Shown here: one piece after another, positions 35,626-47,030 of the stretch | Numbering within the stretch: position 1 is the stretch's first letter | How the letters are laid out: every line of letters starts with the position of its first letter | Program-made: the position numbers and the translations under genes | Notes under the pieces: generated by a model | What the model saw: only the letters and a program-made list of their open reading frames with translations | Database searches by the model: none | Told to the model about the DNA's origin: nothing | Origin: Camelus ferus | Taxonomy: Eukaryota | Assembly (NCBI RefSeq): GCF_009834535.1 | Contig: NC_045696.1 | Coordinates: forward strand, 89,778,001-89,842,000 | Length of the DNA stretch: 64,000 nucleotides | Direction of reading: 5' to 3'

Positions 35626-36667
35626 AGGTATTAGCCAGGATATGGAAGACCTGCTCACTGTTTTCTAGATATTTCCAATCATTTGAGAGAAATGGAAACA
35701 GATGCTTTCATCCCTGCCCTGGTTCTTGCATTTGATCTGGACACACATTTTGCTGGATTTCGATTCCAGCCAAAAATATAGCATCAGCCAGGCTCTCTCT
35801 TCCTCAAGCAGTCACCCCATCCTCGCAGAGCAGGCAAATTACCTGTCCTGTGACGGCGCTGCTACCCCCGTGACGGCACTGATCTCCACCTTCATTTTCA
35901 ATGTGGTCCGCAAAGGACCAAGCCTGAGGTTGGGCTGAGAAAGTCTCTGTCTGAGGAAAATGAGTTTAAAGACACTTTCCACTGAAGACATTTTTTTTCT
36001 TACAAAACTCAAGAAATGGGAAGTCTAATTACTTAGCTGTGCCAGATGAGCTCTTTCAGCTTCTGCTAGACTCAGCTCAACACTAACTGTGCTTACCTGC
36101 ATACACAACGAGTCTCATCAATTCCTTCTTCCTTCCAAGCGCACGGAAGGGACATGGAAACAAAACTGGGGGCAAATTCTCCTCTTTTTAATGCATCTGT
36201 GTTAGGAACTATACCTCAAACCTGGCTCTTTTCATTTATGCAGGGTTGCCCTGCTCTGACCAGCTGGACAGGCAAGGTCAGAACTTACAGAAACTCTGTG
36301 ACTAAACAGTATTGTCTCTCCCGTGAAAGCCAACACTTAAGAGCACTCACTGAGGAGAACTGCAAAGAAATGAAGGAACAAATGGAGCCACGGAGGCATC
36401 CACCCCCTCCCCTGTCATCCATTCCGTTATCAACGCCAGCCCTCGCCCGTGCTGTCTGAGACATCGCTGCAGACACCATGTGGTGCTACTACGCTCAGAA
36501 TCACACAGATCTTCTCAGGCACGTAGAGGAGAGTAACATGGCACGGTATACAGACACTTCATTATGTTTCACACCTAATGAATCTTAGCTCATCTAAATA
36601 AATTAAACATTTCCAATGTCAGATTCCCCAAACTTCTTAACTGCATGCACCTCAGGTTCTAACTGCC

Positions 36668-37561
36668 AGCTGTAGTTTAAAAAGATGACCAGTCTGAAAA
36701 AGATGACACAAACGAACTTATTTACAAAACAGAAACAGACTCACAGACATAGAAAACAAACTTACAGTTACTGGGGGGAAGAGGGATGGAGAGATAAATT
36801 GGGAGTTTGGGATTTGCAGATACTAACTACTATATATAAAATAGATAAACAACAAGGTCCTACTGTAAAGCATAGGGAACTATATTCAATACCTAATAGA
36901 GTATAATAAAAAAAGAATATGAAAAGAAATATATATATATATATCACTATGATATATATAGTCTGACACTATGCTGTACACCAGACATTAACACAACATT
37001 GTAAACCGACTATACTTCAAAACAAATTAAAAAACAAAAAGATGACCACCAATTCCCTGACACTCCTTTCCTCTAAAGGTAGAGCCCAATTCCCTTCTCC
37101 GTGAGTGTGGGCTCTACTTAGGAACTCACTTCCAGCAAACAGAATGTGGGAGACACGAAGGGGTATGACTTCCAAGTCTAGGCCATTATAGGATTTGTAA
37201 CTTCCTCTTGGTTCTCTATCTCCCTCTCTCCCTCCCTCCCTCCCTCCCTCCCAGATCACCTGCTCTGGGGAAGCCAGTTGCCTTGTTGCCCTCTTCAGAG
37301 GTCCATGTGGAGTTCCTAAACATCCTGCTGACAACCATCACTAACTCACCAGGTGTGAGAGGGAGCCATCTGCGAGCCATCCTCCAGCCCCAGGCAAACT
37401 CTTAGTCCCAGCCAACACATGGAGACCCTGAATCAGAACCACTCAGCCAAGTTCCTCCTAGGTTCCTGATCCACAGAAACTGTGTGGGAGACCAAACATT
37501 TATTGTTTTAAGCTACTACCTTTGAGGATAACTTGTTATGTAAAAATAGATAATTAAGATA
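36668..37561 (+). mobile_element. MLT1F-like MaLR LTR interrupted by an L1
   Basis: tgacttccaagtctaggcc...ctctggggaagccag...ttcctgatccacagaaactgtg...gttttaagctac...aatagataa. Candidate 5-bp TSD ctgcc at 36663-36667 / 37562-37566. Confidence 0.82.
36692..37035 (+). mobile_element. Short L1 3' end (cetartiodactyl-type) with perfect TSD
   Basis: ttatttacaaaacagaaacagactcacagacatagaaaac...A-tail. 13-bp TSD aaaaagatgacca at 36679-36691 and 37036-37048, at a TT/AAAA endonuclease site. Confidence 0.93.
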
Positions 37562-37575
37562 CTGCCCGGATAAAA

Positions 37576-37588
37576 AGGTCAATGACCT
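37576..37588. promoter_or_regulatory. Perfect IR-1 nuclear receptor element (FXR/RXR consensus); function untested
   Basis: AGGTCA-A-TGACCT read directly from the sequence. Confidence 0.3.
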
Positions 37589-40179
37589 ACAAAGTCTGAG
37601 AGCAGATTTCTCATCAGCAATAGTAATGACTGAAGAGAATAAAATATCTTGAAACACTAAAGAAAAATTCACTGCTTTCACCTATCCTTTCCCAATGTTA
37701 ACTCCTCTGTCGAAGTTTGAGTGCAATCTTCCCTGCCTCCTCCTGGATTTTGCTCCATCTATTACTGCCATTTGAGTTTCAATGTGTCTTTCCCTCTTTC
37801 TATGACTTCTTGCCTATAAGCATATAAAAATCTCTTTTATATTAAAATAGCAAAACAACCACCAAGTGCGAGTCTTGCCAGGTCTGCCTTCCCCTCACTT
37901 TCCTGCCTGTTTCCCCTCCTCCCCTTCCTCTTCAGCTTCCTCTGCTCCTTCACAGCCCACTCCCTTTTGAGGTCCACTCCACTCCCCTCACACATACACT
38001 CAGCCACTCTCCCAAGCATCATCAAAGACTTCCTGTCAAACCCAGGGAGCTCTCCGACCTCACCGTCCACAGTGGCAGCCAAAACTGGACAACAGCCCCT
38101 CGTCCCGGGGCTGCGGGATGCCTGCACAAGCCATGCTCACAGCTCAGCCCTGTCCGCTCCCCCACCTCACCACGGGTCCTCTCCTACCTCCTTTGCTAGT
38201 TCTTCCTCACCCAGTTTTGCTTTGTTTTCCTCCCTGAATCAAATGCTTTACTCCCTGAACCCTCATTAAGCCTCTCCACAGGACAGCCTCAATACAGACC
38301 TCAAAATAGTGTTAAAGGCCCCAGCCCGGAGGGAGATTCCCTCCGTGGGACTTGGGCTTGGAATCTCACTTCTCATCCCAGCTTTGAGTTCCCTCTTCAT
38401 TTCCACGTCTCAGCATAACCTCTGCTTGCTCGGAGCACTGCTCTGCATTTCTGTTCAACACATTGCTATTTGGAGCCATTTCTATATACTGTGTGGGCAA
38501 CTGGGGTGGGGCCCTCCTGAGCAGCTCAGTCTACCCTACTGCAGATGATTCTCTTGGTCTATCTCGTAATTCAGACACACGCCTACTTGACTCCTCCCTT
38601 CCGCTGTGGAGACACCCCCAGGGCAGTGCTCCGCGTTACTCTCAGGTAGTTTCTGATACGCGGCTTTCACCCCAGCAGCGCCTGGATGGAGAGGGAAAAA
38701 AAATCAAATTTCTTTATTTCTCTTAATTTCTCTTTTGAACAAACTTACTAAGCTTCATAATTGTTTATTTCCCCTCTTTAATTTTTTTCTTTTATTCAAT
38801 GCCCAACGGAGCCTATAGTGCCCTCAATACGCACAAGAAAGTCCCGGGAAACCAGCACAAGCTGTATGCACGGAACCAGAGCAGAATGTAGCCTCAGGAA
38901 GAATCCTTTTTCTCTCTGGTATAATTACTGGTTTTGATGACTTTCCTGGCTCCTGGTTTTTCAAATGTAGGTTGTATCTAAAATTAAAGTAGATTACTCC
39001 ATTTTTATAAATCACCACTGTAAAGTGACAGAAAATTTCCACAGGCCTACGCTTTTTCCCATTAGCAAATAATAACCTAAACCAAACTTGATTAGTGGTT
39101 AGTGTCTGAACACAGACAACTAAGACTCACACAGAATATCGGGTTTTTTTTAGATAAAAAAAAGTCATAACAAAATGTTCATTTCTAATCACAAACACAT
39201 AAAGGAATACATACCACTTTGTTTTCTGTATATTTACAAGTGTAAATGTTATTTCACCCCTGCTCTCCTTTCTAACCAATTTAAAACTGTTTTCTCTTTG
39301 GATTGGGAGAAAAAAGAAAACAGAAAAACCACCTTAACAGCCTTCCTTCGTTCCACGTTAGAAAACACGCAGTGATTTTTCCTTTTCAGGGTTCATACAC
39401 AGCTTTCCCAGGAGCTGTGGTGTCATTGATATTCATGAGCAACCACTGTGACAGTTTAGTAAACAAACTGACGATAAATCCATCTTCCCTGTCATATGTG
39501 ACAAAAATTCTTCAGAGGCTTTATTTGTGCAATTTAGATCCCCAGGCTTAAAGTATGTGGTGATTTTATTTCACAAAAGCCCCAGGCAGCAAAGTATTTA
39601 TTTCACACTCCTGGACCTCACAGGGGACTGCGTAACCTGTTCTTGCGTTTATCTTTTTGCAAATGAGCGACATAACATGGAGATGCCACCTGCTTTGTGG
39701 TGGGGAGGAAGGGGGGAGAGCAGGGGATAAAGGTGGAGGATTAATTAGTTAATATCAGTGAAGTACTTTGCAGATGGAGAGTGATATGCAAGTGTGAATT
39801 TTAATTATGGTTCCCTGCCCTCCTTGGCAGATACAAATAGGATAATTTCTTGGAACGAGAAGCAATGGTCTAACGTATCACGTAGACACTTTGATTTTGG
39901 AGAGTGAAATTCTTTGTGGGTTTGTGGTGATGGAAGTATTTATACCTTGCCCCACCCCTCTATGGAGGAGATAAGGGAAGGTGTTGAAGACAGATCACCG
40001 TATTCCGCGTGGCAGCAGAAGTGGGGGCCTCTAGGGAAGCTGCTTCGTCATCTTACGAAAGCAGCAAGTTTATGACTATCACCAGATTCTCTTGCCATCA
40101 CATGTTCTCTTCTCCTCGATGCCTATGTATGTGTTCCTTTTTAGAGAACAAACAGTCCACATATAGAAAAGCATGAGAA

Positions 40180-40735
40180 CCTGAAATTCCACTCTTAGGT
40201 ATATATCTCACAGAAATACTTAACATATTTCCAGCATAAGTCCATGCCCCAGAATGTTCATGGCAGCATTATCTGCAATAGTCTTGCCCTGGAAACTGTC
40301 CAAAATTCTCACCAAGAGTTGGGATGATAGATAAATTACAGTATAGTCACACAGTGGCTTTTTATACAGCAATGAGAATGAATGATCTATAACTAAATTC
40401 AACGAAAAAAAAAAATACCCCCAACATAGAAAAAAATGAAAAGAAGTCAACACAAAAGAATACATACTGCATGGTTCCATCTATATAAAGAACAAAAAAA
40501 GCATGGAGAACTAACCCTTGCTGTTACTTACTAGTCAAGAATGTGACCACCCTTGGTGGGGAGGTAGTGGTGGGAAGGAATCGCGAAGGGGTGCTTCTGA
40601 GCTTCTGACAATGTTCTGTTTCTGGGCCTGGGTGCTGTTGCACAGGGATGTTAATGCTGGGAAAACTCACTAGCTATAAGCTCATGTAAGCTTAAGCACT
40701 TTTTAATAACAAATTTCAATAAAAGACTTTAAAAA
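40180..40735 (+). mobile_element. L1MC/L1ME-like 3' end
   Basis: aattccactcttaggtatata...agaatgttcatggcagcatta...catactgcatggttccat...tttcaataaaa. Confidence 0.8.
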
Positions 40736-41809
40736 GAATACTCCTAATCCGTCCACCAGTATTAGGTTAGTTGGATTTCCAAGTACCAGGTGCCCCTTAT
40801 TTCTGGCCTGTAACGTGTTGAGCATAGTGAAGCATTTGCTAGATGTACCTGGCAAAAGCGATATAAACTGGGAGACTTTTTGTGAAGTTAGAGAAGTTTT
40901 CAAAAAAATCTAAGTCAGAGAATAAATAACACATTCCCACTCTTCCCATTCGACAGCTAGCAATCTGACCGCGAAACTGAACAAGGCATCCTCAGATTTC
41001 TGCTTGGCAAGTTACTGTTCACGCATGGTAGGTGGAGAGATATACAGGATAAAAGGTCTACAGAATGTTTTTCTCATATGAAGAGGATGCTGAGAATGAC
41101 CTTTAGAGTTTAAATTTGGCCAACTGAATAACAGAACACAATGCAACTCTCGCCTGAATATATGGCATTCACTCTCAGAAGTCAATTAGCATTGGAAAAT
41201 TTTGTCTGCATGTAACTTGCTTTCTGTCACAAGCCTCTCTTTGAAGTATCATGATGCTGATAAAATTGCAACATGACTTACTAGTGCCCTTGAAGGGCCT
41301 GAGAGCAACATGCAGTGGTCTCTATGTGAATTTAATTTAAGGGGGTGGGTGTTGGCGGGGTAGGAATTCCTTTTAAGAGCTCAAGTCCAGTGAATGAACT
41401 GGTGTATCTAATTCGGTTATTTTGCCAGCATATATACTTTCAGTTCCAAACTCCAGTGGTTAAGAGCAATAGGCAGAGTCAGTTTTCGTACATGAGAGAA
41501 GAGTTTATTCGGGTACTCTTCTGTTAACTCTTCTAAATCAAATCGCCATCCTGGATATTTGTAGAGTGAAGGAACCTGCTTGGGATCAGCAGACACATCC
41601 CATGACACAATGGTATGCATGTGTCACAGCTCAACCAATACTTTAAAATTTTTACAACTTTAATGGTTCTCCCTTTTTGTAGTATAGTGTCTTAGATTCC
41701 AAGAACAAAGAAGCAATGGAGCCACAGAATCAGATGTGGAACTGATCCCCGGCGTGTGCAACAATCCTCTCCACAGTACCCCAGGCTTCTGTTACTGAGG
41801 TCACTCATC

Positions 41810-42115
41810 CAAGCACTAGTTCCTCAAATACTTGAAGTTTTCAGACTTCAGGCACTGCTCTAGACTTGTGTGATACAGTGATAAACAGAGCAGACTAAAA
41901 TCCCTGCCCTTTGGAAGCATACATTCTAGCCAGGTAAGCCACATCACGAATAACTTAGTAAGCAAGTATACAGTGTGTTAGAAGGTGACAAATTCTATAG
42001 GAAGAAACACAGCAAGGAAAGGGGTTTAGAGTGTAGGGTTATGATAGGAAAGGAGGCAGGTTGCAATTTTTAATGGATTGGTCCAGAACTCAGGTCTTAC
42101 TGAAAAGGTGAGGTT
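41810..42115 (-). mobile_element. L2a 3' end
   Basis: caggcactgctctag...gatacagtgataaacaga...aaatccctgccct...acattctag. Confidence 0.75.
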
Positions 42116-43429
42116 CATGGACATTAATAGGGCAAGACTCTCACTTAGATTGATGGGGTCCTTTTTTCAGCATCAAGCAGGTTTGTCTTAAGAAATGGCC
42201 TGATCTACTACTTAAACAAATAACTGCTTATATCTTAAAAGTGTGTACCATACGGCCAGGATGACATGGGCTTGTATGATCTTCAAGTGTTGCCAGTTGC
42301 CCACCATGACCATAAAAATGTCTCAACAAAACTTCTTAGTAACCAAGCAAACTGACTTGTTTCCTGGGATTATCAATTTGAAAGGATATCAGCCAAAAAA
42401 TAATGATCTCCATTTCTGAGTGGTTGATAATTATTCCATTGTTTCCAGTAATAGTCAGCAGGACAAATTGTCTATTGAGACCTCTTCTAGTTCTGAACAA
42501 TCAAATCACCCATGAAGAAGAAATTTCCTTCCTATTCTCAGTAGCCTAAATGGCAATCATCCACAAGCATTCACATCATTAACTTATGAGTTAAAAATAA
42601 GGAGGGACATACAATGCAACTTTAAGGTCACAATCTACCCTGTCCCCAACTCTCTCACCCTATTTATTGACCACACTACTTCGTCCTTTTTATCTGATAC
42701 TTTAACTGAAAGAGACTTCTTGTATTTTTTTCATACCCTTTGAGGTTTTTCCACTACTTCTTTGTTCCAGCCATCCTGCATGCCAGCGAGACTCCCTTTT
42801 TTCATAAGTCCTATCCTCATTTTAAAGTTTCATGGTGCTTTTCCTCTTTGTGAGACTGTCTCTGAACCCTCACCCTCCCAGGCATCTCTCCTTTCTTTGC
42901 CTCCTGAAGCATTTATATAGTGTCTGTGCTTTCTTGGCACCAGACACAGACTGCCTTGTACAGTTAATTATGCTTTACGTCTGTGCCCTAGTTCCCTGGT
43001 GATATTGTAAGACCCTCAACGGCTTTGCATTTCTGGGTCTTAGCCCAGTTTCTTTCACCTGTTAGGTGTTTAATAAATGCTGGGTGTAACTGATGATAAT
43101 GACAATGACACTAGCAGAAACAACCAGTTTTCAGAAGATAAGTGGGACTCCTAGGCCTTCAGTGGTCTCCAAACTGAGACACAGAGAGGTTCTAGTTGTC
43201 CATTCACATCACCCAGTTCCCCCATGCACAGGCAATGACTGTCACTCTATGACTGCAGCCTGGCTGACTTACAAAATATCATCGATGTTAAGGTACAGAG
43301 CATTATCAGAGACGTGAAACCGTGAGGAGTGTGCTCCGTAAATCAGACAAAACACAGCAGGCGAGAACAGTGAGGGAAGGAAACAACCACTCCTTTCGGG
43401 TTAGGGAAGTCACACAGATAAAGGTGCTC

Positions 43430-43640
43430 AGTACCACTACTGAGTGCCTACTGTGTGCCAGGCCCTGTGCTAGGTGTTCACACACAGGACCTCTCACCCT
43501 CACATCAGCCCTGCAAGGTGGGAGCTATATTTCCATTGATAAGAGAAGACAAAAAGTGCAGACAGGTTAACTGACTACACTCAAGGTCACTCAGCCAGTA
43601 GGAGGCGTGTCGAGCTTTTCATCTCAGGTGTGTGGCACTC
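43430..43640 (-). mobile_element. MIR SINE
   Basis: tactgagtgcctactgtgtgccaggccctgtgctagg...ctcaaggtcactcagccagt. Confidence 0.8.
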
Positions 43641-44310
43641 TCTCCACTCCCATATGCTTCCTCATCCCACGGTGTGAGCTGCCCTAGTGGCTGCCTCCTG
43701 CTTCCATCTGTCCTCAAGCAGCAACAGATATGCTAAGTGGACTACGTTTCACAAAATGATAAGTATATGTATCGTTAACCTCTTGATTAAGTTTTCTTGG
43801 TGAGGAAACTGAGGGCCACAGATTTGTGTATCATGCCCAAATTCACACAGTACAGAAAGGGCAAAACCCTGATTCAGACTGAATTTGGGTGAAATCCAAA
43901 GCCCTCATTCTTTCCATTGCCAAAAACTGAAGATGTAAAAACCTTATGAAGAGAAATGCAATGTTGGTGGCCACTGAGTTCAGCCATCAACTTCCCCTGA
44001 GCCTTCATGCTACCATGGTCTTGGAACTGAAGCCTTGGGCTCATGGTCCTTGATGGGAATTTTCCAGGTCAGACATTCTGAGCAAATGAAGTCTGACGTT
44101 GAAGATGTAACTTCTTGTATTTAGGAATAAAAGAAAAAGAAAAGGCTCTCTATATCAAAACATAAATAATGATGACTACAGTCAATATTTTGTATAATTT
44201 GAAGGCAAAAACATTATAGGAATTTGATATTTACTAACTTCTAAGTATTATTAACTTTAGCTTATAATAATAATAATAATCATATATTTCAAAATATATA
44301 GAAATACTGG

Positions 44311-44770
44311 ATTACTATGTTGTGTAACAGGAACTAACACAGTGCTGTAGGTCAATTATACTATAAAAAAAAAAGCAAATACACAAAGTCATAGTAAAAG
44401 AGATCAGATTTTTGATTACCAGAGGTGAGGGGTAGAGGGAGTGGGACCTGGATGAAGGGAGTCAAAACTTACAAACTTCTAGTAAAAGATAAATAAGTAC
44501 TAGGGATGCAATGTACAACATGATAAATGCAATTGACACTGCTATATGTCGTGTATGAAAGTTAAGAGAATAAATCCTTAGTGTTTTCAGCACAAAGAAA
44601 CTTTTGTTCTATTTCTTTAATTTTGTATGTATGTAAGATGATGAATGTTCACTAAAGTTACTGTGATAATCATTTCATGACATATGTTAAGTCAAATCAC
44701 TATGCTGTACGCCTTCAACTTACACAGTGCTATATGTCATTTATACCTCAATAAAATTGGAAGGGGAAAA
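44311..44770 (+). mobile_element. L1 3' end (L1_Art-like)
   Basis: gagatcagatttttgattaccagagg...ataaataagtactagggatgcaatgtacaacatgata...tatacctcaataaaattggaa. Confidence 0.85.
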
Positions 44771-46134
44771 CAAGATGGTGTCAGAGGTTCAAAAGAGGAA
44801 GCCCCAGTGCACAACCCTGTTTGAAACCACTGCTCCTTGAAATCTCCTATTATCCCATTAGTCAAAGCAAACAGCATAGCTGAGCCCAGTGTCAAAGATG
44901 GAGCAGTCAACTACCCACAGCATATAACTTTGAGAGCACTGAAAAGTTACAGGAAAGAGTGAAGAATCAGGGCCATCGCTGCCACCTGCCACACTATGTA
45001 ACTTGAGGAATCATATTCATTGACTGATCCTATTACTATCCAACTATCCACCTATTTATTTATACATTAACATAGATAAATATATGTTCATACATTCCTA
45101 GAATATTTCTAGAAGGATGCCAAGAAAACTTTCACTAGCGGTTAGCTCTTGGGAATGTAGGTTTATAGACATGGGCGAGATAAATTTTTAAATCCATTTC
45201 CCAGTCTCCAGGACTGTATCATTCACATGCTTGTCATAAACAAATATTAATTTTAAAATTTAAAAAATACTTGTTTTATTGAGGCATTAAGCTTATGAGA
45301 TTCAGAGTGATTGTGGGGCTGTTCACAATTGGTGACTTTGAGCCTCAATTCCTTCTGTCAATTCAGTCTCCCAAGCTCTGAACGGCCCTCCAGATCCTTC
45401 AGGCCCCCGCTTGGGAGGCTCTTCTCTGATGGAGGGAGAGCACATTAGTCAGCAGGATAAATGACCCCAAGACTTGCCTTGAACAAACCCTGCCAGGCGA
45501 AGTGGGCCAGAGAGATTGAAATATGGTACATGTTAAAAGTCAGTCCTGTGCCACCTGTCTTGGCTTGGAATCCAACAGCCAGCCTTTCTTCATTTTCAGC
45601 CACATACAGCTTGAAGTTGGCCAGAATCATTGCAGAGTTTGTATTTCTTAAATGTGATTGTGTCTAGCTGCAGGTTTCTGTCAGCGATCCATACTGGCCT
45701 TAGGTAAAACTAAAGACGGCTTTCCCTTGAGGGAGCAAGGGCACTAAGCACATGGGAACAGATCATCTTGTCTGATGCAAGCTCAGATGTGTTATTGGTA
45801 TTCTGTGACCGTTACATAATTTAGTGCCCTGCCAGGGAGCCCCACGTAGCCACACCACACACATGTGTCAGATGCTGAGAAGTTGCATAATTAATGGCCT
45901 CCTGTTTTCATTGGATTCTTCTACAATAAAAATACTAAATCAAGGTTTTAAATGTGGAAATCAATCCAAATGTAAAATTTACTCAGGTAGGTTGATGAAT
46001 TATTGAATGTTTAGGGGGACCAGAAATTGAAAAAAGTCCAATTAAATGAACAAATAATATTTATAGATTTTCTTCTAGTAGAGTAAAAAAAATTCAAGAA
46101 ATTATGGACAACAAAATGAAAGTTTGCTTCTTCT

Positions 46135-46605
46135 TTCATTCAATAAGTCTTTAAAAGCTTGTTATGTTCCAGACACTGTTGTAGGCTCTGGGAATACCAT
46201 GGGAGGAATAAAAAGATGCCTGCCTCATAGAGCTGACATTTTTCTGAGTGAAAATAGACAATACACCAAAAACTAAATAAATAGATAGCTAAAATAATTC
46301 AGATAGTGACAAACACTGTGAATAAAATTAGTCAGGGTAATTCAGATGGACAGGGATGGGTGGGGGTGGGGCCAGGATGAGAAGTGGTCAGAGGAGGCCT
46401 CTCTGGAGAGATTACATTTGCTTTGAGACCCAAATAATGAGAATGCACCAGCCATATGCAGAGTTTGGGAAAGAAGGAATAGCTGATGCAAAGATCCTGG
46501 GGTTGGAGAATTTGGGGAGCTATAAAAAAGATCCAAGAATAGTAAATAAAAGGACAGTGGAATGAAGTAAGATCAGAGAGATAGGAGGGGCTAGATCATG
46601 TGAAA
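46135..46605 (-). mobile_element. L2 3' region
   Basis: ttcattcaataag...ccagacactgttgtaggctctgggaatac...ggcctctctggagag...gggctagatcatg. Confidence 0.75.
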
Positions 46606-46799
46606 TACCAGAGGACATCAGTTTGACTGTTTACCGTCAAAAGGGTTTTATAGCCCATTATCACCCCATCAGCATCTTTCACTAACGAGAGTATAGCTAT
46701 AAAGCAAAGCAAAACAAAAGTAGACCTTGGCATGTGCACTGGAAATATTATTGTTCTTTCTTTTTAATAATTTTATTACTGAAGTATTTGTTTTTCTAA

Positions 46800-47030
46800 T
46801 TAATAATAAAATACTTATTGAGTACTTACTATGTCCTAGGTACTGTCCTAGGGGTTTTACATATTTTAATTTCAATATTTAACTTGTATAATTTTATTTA
46901 ATCCTCAAAAATATCTTGCGATGTATATTCATCTGATTTTATGGAGGATGTTGAAATAACTCACCCAAAGTCACATTGCTATTAAGCATCCAAACTGGGC
47001 TTCAAGTTTAATCTCTGAATCCATAGACTC
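46800..47030 (-). mobile_element. MIR SINE
   Basis: acttattgagtacttactatgtcctaggtactgtcctagg...tttaatcctca...cccaaagtcaca. Confidence 0.75.
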
